A DNA stretch of 64,000 nt from Lama guanicoe (taxonomy: Eukaryota): NCBI GenBank assembly GCA_013239625.1, contig MU053994.1:2671589-2735588 (forward strand), given 5' to 3'. The stretch's first letter is position 1, and each line of letters starts with the position of its first letter. The position numbers and the translations under genes are program-made. This document shows positions 13,967-27,487 of this stretch, one piece after another. The notes under the pieces were generated by a model. The model did no database searches. It saw nothing but the letters and a program-made list of their open reading frames with translations, and had not been told where the DNA came from.

Positions 13967-14176
13967 GACTGGGATTTCAAAATTGTAGAATAGATAAACA
14001 AGATTACACTGTATAGCACAGGGAAATATACACAAAATGTTATGATAAATCACAGAGAAAAAAATGTGACAATGAGTGTGTATATGTCCATGAATGACTG
14101 AAAAATTGTGCTGAACACTGGAATTTGACACAACACTGTAAAATGATTATGAATCAATAAAAAATGTAAAAAAAAA
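13967..14176 (+). mobile_element. Young lineage-specific L1 3' end
   Basis: Perfect 15-bp TSD aaagagttcagagca (13952-13966 / 14177-14191), AATAAA and poly-A. Confidence 0.95.
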
Positions 14177-14989
14177 AAAGAGTTCAGAGCATTAATAAGA
14201 AGAATGCTAATTGAACTTGGGAAAAGAACAGATGAACACAGTGAGAATTTTAACAAGGAACTAAAAAATACTTTAAAAAGAACCAGTTAGAGTTAAAGAA
14301 TGCAATACTGAATGTACTTGATGAAGTTATGGCTGAAAACTTCCTAACCTGAAGAAGGAAACATATATTCAGGTATAGGAAGCACAGAAAGTCCCAAACA
14401 AGAAGAACCCAAAGAGACCCATACCAAGATATAACATAATTAAAATGGCAAAATTAAAGATAAAGAGAGAATTCTAAAGGCAGCAAGAGAAAAAGAGTCA
14501 CATTCAAGGGAATCCCTCCAAAGCTATCAGCACACTTTTCTGCAGAAACTTTGCAGGCCAGAAGGGAGTGGCATGATACATTTAAAGTGCTGAAAGGGGA
14601 AAATCTGCAACATAGGTCACTCCATACAACAAACTTATTCAGAACTGAAGGATAGATAAAGAACTTCTCAGATAAGCAAAAACTAAACGAATTCATCAAC
14701 ACTAAGCTGAACCAAAAGAAGTGTTAAAAGGTTTTCTTTAAGTGGAAAAGAAAAGGTTGTAGCAAGAAGTAAGAATTTATGAGAAGGGAAAACTCCAACT
14801 TGTAAAGGCAAGGTTGTGGATCCACCACTTGATAAATTAGCGTGAAGATTAAAAGACAAAAATCGTAAAATTTGCCACAAGGGTTGAAGCCAGAAAAGAA
14901 AGAAAATTCCAAGGTACAGTGTTCCCAGGGTATAGTTCAAGCAGGAAGAGGTACTTTTCCAATGTATTCTTAGTTTCCCCACCTCCCAC

Positions 14990-15435
14990 CATCCAGTTAG
15001 TTAACCTTGTCAGCTTGGCTACTGTAGTAGATGCTATCAAGCCCCACACATACTGCCCTTTTTCCACTCCGGATGTCACTACGGACACTCCCAAGGCACA
15101 CTGATGACTTTCTGCATCTCTGTGCTTTCTAAATGAAAAAGCATGTTGAAAATGTCTGGGAATTAACAATACCAGGGCAATCTTTCGGATTTCAGCTAAC
15201 TCCAGCTTCCTTGCCCTCACCAGGGCGGTTCTGAGGTATGTTACACTCAGTGTCAGAGGGGCTCCAGCTGGATTGAGCCCTAGTTGCCTGCTCATTGACA
15301 TATCTTATATTGGCTTCCCTCCTCTCCTTATCTCACTTCCCCTCTCTCTCACTGTGCTTCCTGGGGTCACCTCCCAAATAAACTACTTGTCTCCAAATCT
15401 TTGTCTCAGGGTCCACTTTTGGAGGAATCTAAATG
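14990..15435 (+). mobile_element. LTR16-like ERVL LTR
   Basis: 3' motif 'cacctcccaaataaactacttgtctccaaatctttgtctcagggtc'. Confidence 0.7.
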
Positions 15436-16239
15436 GCAAACACAAAGAAACTTGATTGTCTACCACAGTAGCTTATATCTCTAAAGGCCAGAACTCACAA
15501 CTTCTGCCTAGACCTGTGCTTCTCCCTCACCCTAAGACATCAAGATCAGTCAGGAAGTATGTAAAAAAAATGGAAATTTGTGAACAATTTTCTTTATTAG
15601 CTATAATTTCTGGTAAATTCAAGGTTACTTTGCAGATGGTGCTGTTCTCTGTCATTGAGGTTAGCTAGGAGTTTGGGCAGCTCACTAGGAATTGGTCCCA
15701 CCTGTGCCACCCATCCTCTGTGTTTCGGTGGAGAAATTCTTAGGCACATTTTCAGAGAGAAAAAAATGTTTTTCTTGAAGGGTCTGTAATCAGTCTTTCA
15801 ACAAGTATTCATTAAGTGCTTATTAAGTGCCAGAATATATTAAAGACACTGGATATCATATTGAAGGTACTAAGATTTTTATATGGGCAGTTCATAATTA
15901 CGATGCTTAAATTTAAAAACTTTAGTGGGATTTATATAGTTAATTATGCTCTTTAAATGGGCTGAAGAAGAAACAGTGACTGTGTTGGTTGTGCAGATAC
16001 TGTAAGTTGGCTCACTTAACGCCAATTCCATTGTTGGTGGTGTTTCAGGCTTAATTTTCCCAAGGGGTGTTTGTGCATTTTTACTAGCGACATTGTCCTG
16101 GCTGCATTATTTCTGAGTCTTACCCAATCCCTTTCTGCTTAAACTAGCTAGAATGAAACTGTTGTCTGTAACTAAGAATCTTGATTGAGAAAATTGTAGG
16201 CATCAGGCTAGTAAAAAAGGTTCCTGAAGACACATACAC

Positions 16240-16560
16240 TGGTCTGGGCAAGAGGCATCTGGGTGAAAGTATGAGAGGGGCACAGAGTGTGGATTTTTGT
16301 GTCTCACATTAATGCCCACCACAGAGTGTCCATTATGTGCATGGGATGGTTGGTCTTGTGGATGTCACCAGTCTCTTTCCTTGGCCACTCTAGTGTCTTT
16401 GAACAGAGTAGTCATGGTGGCAGTGCTGGGGGCTCTACATGGGCCCAACAACATGGACTCCCTTTTACTACAGCCAGTTTAACTATTGCCACTGTTGAAT
16501 GCCCAACCTTCCAGCAGCAGAAACCAATGTTGTACCCTCAAAATGGACCATTGCTAAGGG
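16240..16560 (+). mobile_element. ERVL internal fragment (RNase H end / integrase zinc finger)
   Basis: ORF 16287-16613: IFVSHINAH..EQSSHGG..WAQQHGLP..ATVECPTFQQQKP matches the ERV-L pol HHCC region. Confidence 0.85.
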
Positions 16561-16579
16561 AGCCAACAGTACATGCTGT

Positions 16580-18125
16580 CAAACTTCAGAATTTTTGTCA
16601 ATCTTGTAGGTGAGAAATGCTCTCTCTCTACAGTTTTAATTTGCATTTCTCTTACTATGAGTGAAGTGAAGTTGAATACCTTTTTGTATGTTTAAGGGCC
16701 ATTTTCATTTCATTTTCTGTGAGTTATCTGTGCATACATCTTACCAGTTTTTCTATTAGGTTTTGTTCTTTTTTTCTCAATTTTAAGCTCATTATGTATT
16801 AAAGATGTTTACCCCTTGATTATGATGTAAGTTGTAAATATTTTTCCTAATTTGTCATTTGTCTTTTCACTTTTCTTCTGTTTTTTCCTGCCATACAAAA
16901 TTTTTTTTTTACTTTTATTTGATCAAATTTATCTTTTTTCTTATTGCTTCTAAAATTTGAGTCACAGTTAGGAAAGTTTTCCCACTCCCAGGCTATAAGG
17001 GAATTCACCGGTATTTTCTCTGATTACTTGTACAGTTTGATTTTTCACACTGAGAATTTTTATCTATCTGGAATTTATCCAGTGTAGGGAACAAGTCAAA
17101 TTTTAACTTTTCCCATATGGCTATTCAGTTGTTCCAATGCCACTTATTAGAAAGTGTTTCTTTTCCCATGATTGAGATAAGCCTTCATCAGATACTAAAT
17201 ATCCATGTGCACATGAGCCTCTTTCTGGCTTTTTAATATTCTTTTCCATTTGTCCATTCGTGTGCTGATATCATGGTGCTTTAATTATAAAAACTTTGTA
17301 ATATGTTTTCATATTTGTTAGAGCTAGCTCTCCTACATTGCTTTTATTTTTTAAAGGATATCTAATCCTGCTTGTTTATTCTTCTAAATGAACTTTATAA
17401 TCAACATTTCTGGCTGTATGAAAAAAGAAAAAGACTGATGAAATTATATTGCGATCACGTTGAATTTATAGATTAGTTTTTAAAGAACTGACATCTTCAT
17501 GCTGCTATGTTTTCCTATCAAAGAACAGGTTATGTCTTTCTACCTATTCAGATATTTTAGGAGTGTTTTATAGTTTCTTCATAAAGATTTTTCAGATTCC
17601 TCAACATGTTTATGCCCAGGCACTTTATTTTCTTTCATTTTGCTATTGTAATGGTGTCATCTCTTCCATTTTTTCTTCTAACTGGTTATTGGTTATACAG
17701 ATAAAGGCTTTTGACTTCTGCATGTTAATTTAATAGCCTGATATTTAAATGAATTTTCTTCTTCTTTGTGGTAGTATTTTCATTTACCCTTTTGGGTTTT
17801 TCAGATATATAATAGTATCAGCTGTAAAAAAAAAGATAATATTTACCTCTTCCTTTCTAATTATTATGCCTCTACTTGATTTTTCCTGTCTAGCGGTATT
17901 GGCTAATACCTTCAATGCAATGTTTAAAACTAGTGGAGACAATGGGCCTCCTTGTCTTGGTCCTCACTTTAGCGTGAAAGCTTTTATCATTTCCTTATTC
18001 AGTAAGATGCTGTGAAATGTAAGATGTTTGGGGAAAATGTATGTGTGTATGTGTGTGTGTATATAGACATATAAAATATATAAAATATATATAATCATAT
18101 TAAGGAAATATCCATCAAGTCCTAT
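16580..18125 (-). mobile_element. Old decayed L1 ORF2 fragment
   Basis: 'ttttaatttgcatttctc', 'agtggagacaatgggcctccttgtcttggtcctcac' L1 ORF2 antisense motifs. Confidence 0.8.
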
Positions 18126-19905
18126 TTTAGCCAGATTCATCAAGGAAAAAAGGGAGAGAGCCCAAGTCAATAAAATCATAAATGAAAAAGGAAGGTACAA
18201 CCAACACCACAGAAATAAGAGACTACTACGAACAACTATATGCCAATGAAATGGACAACCTAGAAGAAATAGACAAATTCTTAGAAAGATGTAATCCCAA
18301 GACTGAACCAGGAAGAAATAATGAACAAACCAATTACCAGCAATGAAGTTGAATCAGCAATTAAAACACTCCCTACAAACAAAAGTCCAGGACCAGATGG
18401 CTTCACAGGTAAATTCTCCCAAATATTTAGAGAAGAGTTAGTGCCTCTCCTTCTGAAACTATTCCAAAAAATTGCAGAGGAAGGACCACTTCCAAACTCA
18501 TTCTACGAGGCCACCATCACCCTGATACCAAAACCAGACAAAGACATCACACAAAAAAGAAAATTATAGGCCAATGTCCCTGATGAACATAGATGCAAAA
18601 ATCCTCCAGAAAATACTAGCACACTGAATCCAACAATATACTAAAAAGAGCATTCATCATGATCAATTAGGATTTACCCCAGGGATGCAAAGAATTTTTC
18701 AGTATCCTCTAATCAATCAATGTGATACATCATATTAACAAATACTGATCAAATTCAACATCCATCTATGATAAAAACTCTCTAGAGAGCTGGCATAGAG
18801 GAAATAAACCTCAACATAATAAAGGCCATATATGACAAACCCACAGGTAACATTGTACTCAATGGTGAAAAGCTGAAAGCATTTCCTCTAAGATCAGGAA
18901 CAAGACAAGGATGTCCACTCTCACCACTTTTACTCACCATAATCTTGGAAGTCCTAGCCACAGCAACCAGAGAAGAAAAACAAATAAAAGGAATCCAGAT
19001 TGGAAAGGAAAATGTAAAACTGTCACTGTTTGCAGATGACGTGATACCATACATAGAAAATCCTAAAGATTCCACCAGGAAACTCTAGAGCTCACCAATG
19101 TATTCAGTAAAGTTGCAAGATACAAAATTAATATACAGAAATCTGCTGCATTTCTATACACTAACAACAAACTATCAGAAAGAGAAATTAAGGAAACAAT
19201 CCCATTTACCATCAGATCAAAAAGAATAAAATACCTAGGAATAAACCTACCTAATGAGACAAAAGACCTGTACTCTGAAAACTATAAGATGCTGATGAAA
19301 GAAACTGAAGATGACACAAACAGATGGGAAGATATACTATGTTGGATTGGAAGAATCAGTATTGTTAAAATTACCATACTACCCAAGGCAATCTGCAGAT
19401 TCAGTGCAATCCCCATCAAAATACCAGTGGCATTTTTTGCAGAACTAGAACAAAATATTTTAACATTTATATGGAAACACAAAAGACTGCTAATAGCCAA
19501 AACAATTTTGAGAAAGAAGAACAGAGCTGGAGGAATTATGCTCCCAGGCTTCAGACGATACTACACAGCTACAGTAATCAAAACAGTATGGCACCGACAC
19601 AAAAACAGACACAGCTCAACAGAACAAAATAGAGAGCCCAGAAATAAACCCACGCACTTATGGTCAATTAACCTACAACAAAGGAGGCAAGAATATACAA
19701 TGGAGAAAAGACAGTCTCTTCAATAAGTGGTGCTGGGAAAACTGGGCAGCTGCATGTAAAAGAGTGAAATGAGAACATTCTCTAACACCTTATACAAAAA
19801 TAAACGCAAAATGGATTAAAGACTTAAACGTAAGACTAGATACTATAAAACTCCTAGAGGAAAACATAGGCAGAGCACTCTCTGACATAAATCATGGTAA
19901 TATTA
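18126..19905 (+). mobile_element. Younger L1 ORF2 (reverse transcriptase region), frameshifted, no 3' end
   Basis: ORF 18321-18569 [25 protein letters not shown]; 'ctgtttgcagatgac' (LFADD) at ~19026; ORF 19289-19726. Confidence 0.95.
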
Positions 19906-20149
19906 TTGATCACTTTTAACATAACTGTCAACTCTTAAATTTATAAGTGGAAAAAAAATGAGTCACATTCTCTAAAAAAGTCTGTTAAGTAAAATATGAC
20001 ACAAAATCATAGTACCATCATAGGCAAGTGTTCCAGAATGTCTATCCTACGAAGTGTAGAATCCAAGGAGAGGGGTGCCATGTGAGCCAAACACTAATTC
20101 AAAATGCTCTAGGATAAGGGGCCGGAGGAGTACAGTGGCAGTACAGTGG

Positions 20150-20372
20150 CTCTCTGAATGAAAAAAGACCCAGGTTAGAGTCCTGACTCTGCAACTCACT
20201 TTGTGATCTTGGACAAGTTTCTCAGCCTGTTCGTGCCTCCATTTCCTTTTATGTAAATTGGGATAATGATTGTAGCTATTTTAAGGATTGTTGTGTTCAG
20301 TGATCACCCTAGAAGATTTAGTTCAGGACTTGGCACATAATAAATGCTCATTAAAAAGTAGCTATTATCATT
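20150..20372 (+). mobile_element. MIR SINE
   Basis: Core 'tgtgatcttggacaagtttctcagcctg..cctccatttccttttatgtaaattgggataat'. Confidence 0.8.
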
Positions 20373-21259
20373 AAGTCTCCAAATGGAGAAGTAAACATAA
20401 TAAATGCCATGAAGGGTCTCTGGAGGAGGAGGGGCACTTAAGCTGTTTCCTTGAAAGCTGTTTAGGGTTTGAATAGACAGAGGGTTGAGGAAGAAAAAGA
20501 GGACTTTCCAGGTAGGAGGGAAAAGATCGTTAAAATTTAAAAGGTCATCCCAAAACAGTAGTTGATTTTACTTTGTATTTTTTAAAAAGGTCCAACTGCC
20601 CTTTTTTCCAACTGCCTTTTAAAAGCATCATTATTTCAAATTTGATTTGTTTCCTCATCACATTGTGCAGAACACTGGAATATGAATGGCATGTTTTATT
20701 ATACATATGAGAGCAAAACATTTTGAATCAAATAATTCCATGCTATCTTTAAGGCCCCCACTGATCCATCCTTTATCGTTTTTTTGTCTAGTTGCTATTT
20801 TGCATTTTAATTTGACCTTGCCTTTTATTTATTTGCACCTATTACCAGAATGCTTTTTTAAACTAAATATTTTGTGGTGTTTCCTATTCGGTATTTGATG
20901 AATGTTTATTACTGTAATTTGATGTTCAGAAAAATGTACCACATCCTACATCAATCATTACATTCCATTATCCATGGAGTCTAAACCATTTCACGGTCAT
21001 TAAGAGAATATGTTATTTGGGAATTAAATCAATGGAAAGAAGGGGAAAGGGCATCCAAAGGTGGTGAGGAGAGAAGGGAAAAGCAGTGGGGCTTATGCAG
21101 AGCACACATTTCCCTGCAAGGAAGAAAACATAAAATTCTCAGGCTTTCCCTTCCTCTATCTCCCAGTCCACTAAATGTAGTACAAACTTGCAGTGAACTC
21201 TCTTCCAGACTTGGGTGTGGAATGTGGTGGGTGGTTGAGTAAACATCTATGGAATATAT

Positions 21260-21430
21260 TGTCTTAGGCTGTGTGTCTAAGAAGAAGATCCCCCCCGCAA
21301 GTCAAGAATATGAGTGCCAGTTGTTTATTTGGGAGGTAAACCTAGAAAACACCAGTGGGGGAATGGGGACATGAGACAGGAAGGGGAAGGAAGCCAATAA
21401 AGGGTATATTATTGCCAAGAAGTTATCAGG
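21260..21430 (-). mobile_element. LTR33/LTR16-like ERVL LTR 3' end
   Basis: 'tgtcttagg...gtttatttgggaggt...gagacaggaaggggaaggaagccaataaaggg'. Confidence 0.65.
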
Positions 21431-21511
21431 GTCATTCATTCCCTTAAAATATTACAAAATAATAAAAATGCTTACTGGAGAAATTCCAGAAAAAATAGAG
21501 AGTGACATAAA

Positions 21512-21712
21512 TGTCAAGAAATGTGAAGGGTCTGAGATTTTGCCCTACTTACAAGCTAAGTTAGCCTGCCACAGATTCATACTCATAGATGCTGACAGAA
21601 GACAGGAGACTCCTGGGTTGGAGGCAAGGGAATGGGTCACTTGTGGCACAGCAGGCAGTCCCTGTGCTTCATAGGGCAAAGGAGAATGGCCCAGGCAGAT
21701 GGTGCACATATA
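21512..21712 (-). mobile_element. Truncated class III LTR (MER76/LTR47-like), same family as 35739-36787
   Basis: 'tgtcaagaaatgtgaagggtctgagattttgccctacttacaagct..agcctgccacag' aligns by eye with 35739-35815. Confidence 0.75.
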
Positions 21713-23094
21713 GTATTTATCACCAAGTTCCTGTCCCTCACTGACCGGGGCTGCTCCTGGTGGCATTAACTCTGTGGCAAGTCTGGCCCACCGATCATTC
21801 CACCACACCCAGTTCCCAGAGTCGGTCCTCATCAAAACGTGGAGTTGACTTTGATCGCCATCCTCTCCTCCTCCAAACTTTCCCTAAGGCGACTCTGTCT
21901 CCATCTTCCCAGGAGAAGATGGGTCCATGTCTTCGTGTGTCTTGGTCTCTTCTTTTTATTCTCAGTGAAGTCTGCCTTTGTAAACTCTTCAGCTGTCGTA
22001 GGGAGGAAATGACTGGGAGCAGTCATTTTAATTGGAACTGGGATGGATGTTTTAAAGCTAAAGATAAAAACACCCTATCTAGGGAGACTTCAGATATCAG
22101 ATGACATATGAAGGAGGCTACGAGATGGAGGGAAAATGCCCACTTCACTTAAGCTGGGATTTCCTGGATGATCCTCAGGTGGCCCCGGAAGGTCAATGCC
22201 CTGCTCTGAGTGCAGCCTCCCAGGCCTTGGGAAGAAGAGCCCTTTGACCTCCCTGGAGCCTCCTACTAGTCCCTCTGACTCAGCTCTGTACTAAATCACT
22301 TTGATTTGGGGGGGCCCAACAATCTTTCTGCATTTATATTTTGTCCATTTTCCTCTTCCTCTTCTCCCTAAATGATAGCTCACTGGACTGAAAACAAAAT
22401 TCACTTGTTTCAGATAGCTGGGTCACAGCATGACCAAAATACAAAGGCTTCATTCTTCCTTCATCCCAGAACACTCTAGTGAGAAGCCCTGCCCCTCTTC
22501 TCCCATAGTTCCCAGCCAGCGAGATCAGAGGACAGACAGCTCAGTGTAGCGTATAGATTTGTGATCAGTTAGTACCACCCTCCAGGCCAGGGGGCATCAT
22601 GGGGTAGGAGGGATCTCAAGTCCCCAGAAACAAACAGCACCCCTTGGGGCTTGACTCCACATGTTTGAACTCAGTGTCTTTCCACTTGTGCTGAGGTCTA
22701 TCTGAATTTCAATCCCTCCATCTTTCTCCAGGTTCCCTCTGGGCAAAATATTTCCCAATGCCTTTTTTATCCGTGAGATAATCATTTAGGGCACTTGCAC
22801 CCTGCTCTTACTATTATTGTTATTGTATCCTGTGACTGTTCAGGAAAGATACGGTGGCTTCAGAAATATGTCTTCAATGTACAGCATTTGTTTTTTCATC
22901 TGGCATTATTTACCTGTGGACATTTCTATTCATTTCTTCTAGGCTGTCAGAGGTCAAGTCTTAGGTATCTTTATATCCCAGGCAGTACACTGCTCTGAAC
23001 TTAGAAAGGGCCTAATTAACATTCATTTTTTTCAATTTGCATTTTTCAAATGAGGTTTTAGAGAGCTTTTTAAAAGAGCATCATCCTAAGGCTA

Positions 23095-23545
23095 GTGTAT
23101 CCATCGATTTCTGGTCAAGAACATATGAACTACTCTAGATGTTTCAAGCAGAGAGGGCTTTAAGGTAGGGAACTGGTTGCAGAGGTGTTGAAAGGGTTAA
23201 AGGAGTAAAAGGGGTGGGTGTGACTCAGAGACAAGGAAACTGCTGCTATTCTGTAGGGAGAGGGTGTTGGCCGGGAGCTGTTAATACCCAGAGATTGGAA
23301 CTCACAAGCCCACATTTACAGTTGCTGTTACCTGGGCCACCACTATCGTGGCCACTCCACAAACAGAATGGCATCTACCTTCTTACTGTCTTCTAATCTG
23401 ATGTGACTGCCTCCTGTTGTCAGAACCCAATCAGAATCCAGCTGGCAAGGGAGTCTGGGAAATGTAGTTTGTAGGCTTCTAGCTCTGGTGATATAACAGG
23501 GACAGTAAGCATAAAGCTGAAGGTCAACAGACAGCATCTGGGATA
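23095..23545 (-). mobile_element. Ancient LTR-like fragment (MaLR/ERVL-related)
   Basis: 'ccagctggcaagggagtctgggaaatgtagtttg' motif shared by old MaLR/ERVL LTRs. Confidence 0.45.
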
Positions 23546-24359
23546 GATGATTGGGCTGGTGCTGATTTCACAGCACCCCCTGCAGTAGAAAAAGTCTTCA
23601 GGAGAGGAGTTAATCCTCATAGAAGAATTTTGCAGCAGTCCCACCTCTGGGTCTGAGGGAGGAAGCACCTCGCTGCTGTCAGCCCTGATTCTCTCGGAAT
23701 AGCAGAGGCAGAATTCCCTAGCCCAAACAATCATGTCAGTGATGCCTCCCTGACGTGAGAGCCTGGGACTCTAGGTGAGTTGTCATCTCTTTCTTCAGAG
23801 ATTAATTACTTCAATTAAAAGACAGAAAGAAAAGTGACAGATGAGAACACAGCAGGTATAGCCACCCCAACCTATTGAGAGTGTATGTTTGAACCGTTTA
23901 GGAATTTGGACCATAATGGTCTTTAACTTTGCCCCCTTTCTACCATCTCTGAGATGGAGAAGCTTGACATTTATTGAGTGAATCTAGGCTGTAGAGAAAG
24001 CCAGAGCTGATCCCACACAAGGGCTTTCCTTGATACTGCTTACATGGACATGGCTTTATGGGATCAATGCTCTCTTGCCAAGGTTGGGGCAGGGAAAGCA
24101 AAACTAAGTACGGTCCCCCTGACATTGCAAGCAAAGGTGGTTTTTCCTTTCTGCCCCTGCCTGCTGCCCTAGCCGTAACCACAGACTGTAAAACCCAAAG
24201 AGATCATGGCAGGGGTGGAGAAATATGTGACTAAGACAGCCCTTATTTGTCTTTGGCACAAACCACCTTTGAAGTAAATGAATGAGAAGAGATCTGAATG
24301 CCCCCAACCATAAATTTCCCACTCCAGCTTGCCACAAAAGAAAAAAAGATGCATAAATT

Positions 24360-24585
24360 TGCTTGTTAGTGTCTTTAGTCTACCTGGAATTAATTGTTGT
24401 GTGTGTTATGAGATAGCAGTCTAATTTCTTTTTTTTTTCTTTTTACACACAGATATCCAATTGTCTCAAACCATTTATTGAAAAGTACATCCTTTCTCAC
24501 TGATCTGGAATACTACCTCTTCTATATATCATGTCCATGATTGTGTAGATCTATTTCTATTCTGTTACATTGGTCCCTGTCTGAC
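24360..24585 (-). mobile_element. Old L1 ORF2 fragment
   Basis: 'gatatccaattgtctcaaaccatttattgaaaag'. Confidence 0.65.
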
Positions 24586-25445
24586 TGTGTAGAGACCTAG
24601 AATCCTCAGCTCAAAGTGTGACATGAGAGAAATAAATTTTGCTTTTTAAGCCTCTAAGTTTTAGGGACTCTATTACAGCAGCTAGGTCTTCCTTAACTAA
24701 TACAGGAGCTGGTACCATGGAAGTGGAGCACTGCTGTAACAAAAACGAAAATTTTCAGCATTTGCTTAATGCCTAGGCAGCAGATGATGAAAAAATAAAT
24801 AGTTCAGGCTAGAAAGCTGGGGACCCCAAGACAACTGGTACAACTGCAACCTATGTTAACTTGGAAGGCACACCATCTACCCACCAAGCCAGTAGCTCTA
24901 GGGCAAAAGCCAGAATGCCAATGTCTAGTCGTTTCTCTTTGCTGCTTTAGCAAGGTATTACAAGAAAAAGATGAACTCAGGCAAGAAACAGCCAGTTTGC
25001 CTGCAGAGGTGGAAGGGAACAGAGAGAATTGTTATATTAAAACCCTCAAAAGCCTCACAGGATTGGAAAATCCAACTGCTCCTGGACCCAAGAGATATGT
25101 CTCTTAATCAAAGTTTATTTAAAGACTCAGCAAGACCTCTGTGTCAAACATTAAGACAAACAATGGACCCAGCAGGGAGGCAAGGATCAGATTATGGTCA
25201 GCATCCCTCCTCTCATCAAATTGATTATTCCAGATAGCAACAGGTTAGCATACATTAAGAGATGAGAGGCACAGAGACAATGAGGAAGTAAAGAGTAAAG
25301 CAGGCCTAAGAATTATGTCCAGCAAGTTACTTTGGTTGTAGATACTGACAACCAGTATCTACAACCAAAGTTGGAAGCAAACTAAATAGACACTTAGTTT
25401 CATATTTCATCAATCTTTTTTTTTCCTTTCAATTTTATTGAGATG

Positions 25446-25767
25446 CAGTAGTCCCTTGGTATCTACAGGGATTGATTCCAGGACTCCTGTGGCTATCAAA
25501 ATCTGTGGATGCTCAAGTCCCTTCTATAAAATGGTATAGTATTTGCATATAACCTCTGCACATCCCATATACTTAAAATCATCTCTAAATTACTTATAAT
25601 ACTGAATACAATGTAAATGCTATGTAAATAGCTGCCTGCTTGCAGCAAATTCAAGTTTCGCTTTTTAGAACTTTCTGGAATTGCTTTCTGAATATTTTTG
25701 ATCCTCAGTTGAATTCATGCATGTTGAATCCATGGATGTGGAACTCGTGGATACAGAGGGCTGACTG
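25446..25767 (+). mobile_element. MER2-family non-autonomous TcMar-Tigger DNA transposon
   Basis: TIR-like ends cagtagtcccttggtatc...gatacagagggctgactg followed by TA; 'ggatgctcaagtccc..tttgcatataacct'. Confidence 0.9.
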
Positions 25768-25771
25768 TATA

Positions 25772-27487
25772 CACGCACATCTCATTTTAATGTGCTCCAC
25801 TTTATTGCGCTTTGCAGATATTGCATTCTTTACAAATTGAAGGTTCGTGGCAACCCTGCATCGAGCAAATCTATTGGCACCATTTTTCCAACAACAGTTG
25901 CTCACTTTGCTTCTCTGTGGTAATTCTCGCAATATTTCAAAGCCTTTCGTTATTATTATATTTGTTATGGTGATCTGTGATCAGTGATCTTTGCTATTGT
26001 TTTCAAGTGCCACGAACTATGCCCATATATGAAGGTGAATTTAATAAATGTTATATGCATTCTGACTGTTCTACTGACTGTTCATTCCTTGTCTCTCTCC
26101 CTGTCCTCAAGCATCTCTATTTCCTGAGACACAACAATATTGAAATTAGACCAATTAATAACCCTACAATATCCTCTAAGTGTTCAAGTGAAAGGAAGAG
26201 TCACATGTGTCTCAAGTTAAATCAAAAGCTAGAAATGATGAAGCTTAGTGAATAAGGCATGTCAAAAGCTGAGACAGGCTAAAACCTAGGCCTCTTGTAC
26301 CAAACTGTTAGACAAGCTGTGACTGCAAAAGAAAAGTTCTTGTAGGAAATTAAAAGTGCTACTCAATTGAACATACAAGAGATAAGAACGCAAAAGAGCC
26401 TTATTGCTGACATGGAGAAAGTTGTAGTGGTCTGGAAAGATTAAACCAGCCACAACATTCCCTTAAGCCAAAGTCTAATCCAGAGCAAGGTCCTAACTCT
26501 CTTCAGGTCTGTGAAGGGAGAGGGGTGAGGAAGCTGCAGAAGAAAGGTGTGCAGAGGTTGGTTCATGAGGTTTAAGGAAAGAAGTCATCTCTGGAACATC
26601 AAAGTGCAAGGGGAAGAAGCAGCAAGTGCTGATGTCGAAGCTGCAGCAAGTTATCCAGAAGATCTAGGTCAGATCATTAATGAACAGATTTTCAGTGTAG
26701 ACAAAAACAGCCTTCTATTGGAAGAAGATTCCATCTAGGACTTTCGTAGCTGGAGAGAAGTCAATACCTGGCTTCAAAGGACAAGCTGACTCTCTTGTGA
26801 AGGGCTAATACAGACCGTGACTTGAAGCTGAAGCCAATGCTGAAGATGTGACTGAAATGCTGCAATCTCATGATAAAACTAACAGATGAGGAGTTGTTTC
26901 TTATGGATGAGAAGAGAAAGTGGTTTCTAGAGATGTCATCTACTCCTGGTGGAGATGCTGTGAAAATTATTGAAATAACAACAAAGTATTTAGGATACTA
27001 TGTAAATTTAGTTGACAAAGCATTGGCAAGATTTAAAAGGACTGACTCCAATTTTGAAAGGAGTTCTACAATGGGTAAAATGCTATCAAACAACATTGCA
27101 TGCTACAGGGAAATTGCTCATGAAAGGAAGACTCAATCAATGTGGCAAACTTCACTGTCATCTGATTTGAAGAAATTGCCACAGTCACCTCAACCTTCAT
27201 CAACTACCACCCCGATAGGTCAGCAGCCATCAACATAGAGGCAAGACCCTCCACCAGCAAAAAGATTACAACTTGCTGAAGGCTCAGATGGCTTGCATTT
27301 TATAGCAATAAAGTATTTTAAATTAAGGTATGTACATTTTTTTAGACATAATGCTATTGCACACTTGGTGAACAATAATATAATGTAAACATAGCTTTTG
27401 TATGCACTGGGAAATGAAAAAATTCGTGTCACTTGCTTTATTGTAGTGGTCTGGAACTGAAACTTCAATAACTACAAAGTATGACTG
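25772..27487 (+). mobile_element. Tigger1 DNA transposon, internally deleted, transposase decayed
   Basis: Tigger1-like ends; ORF fragments 'LNQKLEMMKLSE', '[27 protein letters not shown]', 'LTDEELFLMDE'; deletion junction near 26842. Confidence 0.95.

Larger units (their letters stand above)
12142..14885 (+). mobile_element. L1 5' UTR plus decayed ORF1 (L1M- or HAL1-like), interrupted by an LTR and a young L1
   Basis: Starts 'aagatggcagagtaggaggac'; ORF1 motifs 'gaagcacagaaagtcccaaacaag', 'gaaactttgcaggccagaagggagtggcatgatacatttaaagtgctg'. Confidence 0.85.

Noticed and set aside
21512..21712. Same-family, same-strand LTR piece as a candidate 3' LTR of the 30.5-36.8 kb provirus
   Set aside because: The flanks do not form a TSD (ataaa versus aagga), and about 9 kb of unrelated older repeats and unique DNA intervene
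25772..27487. Tigger1 ORF pieces as a domesticated TIGD gene
   Set aside because: Multiple stops and frameshifts plus a large internal deletion removing much of the DDE domain
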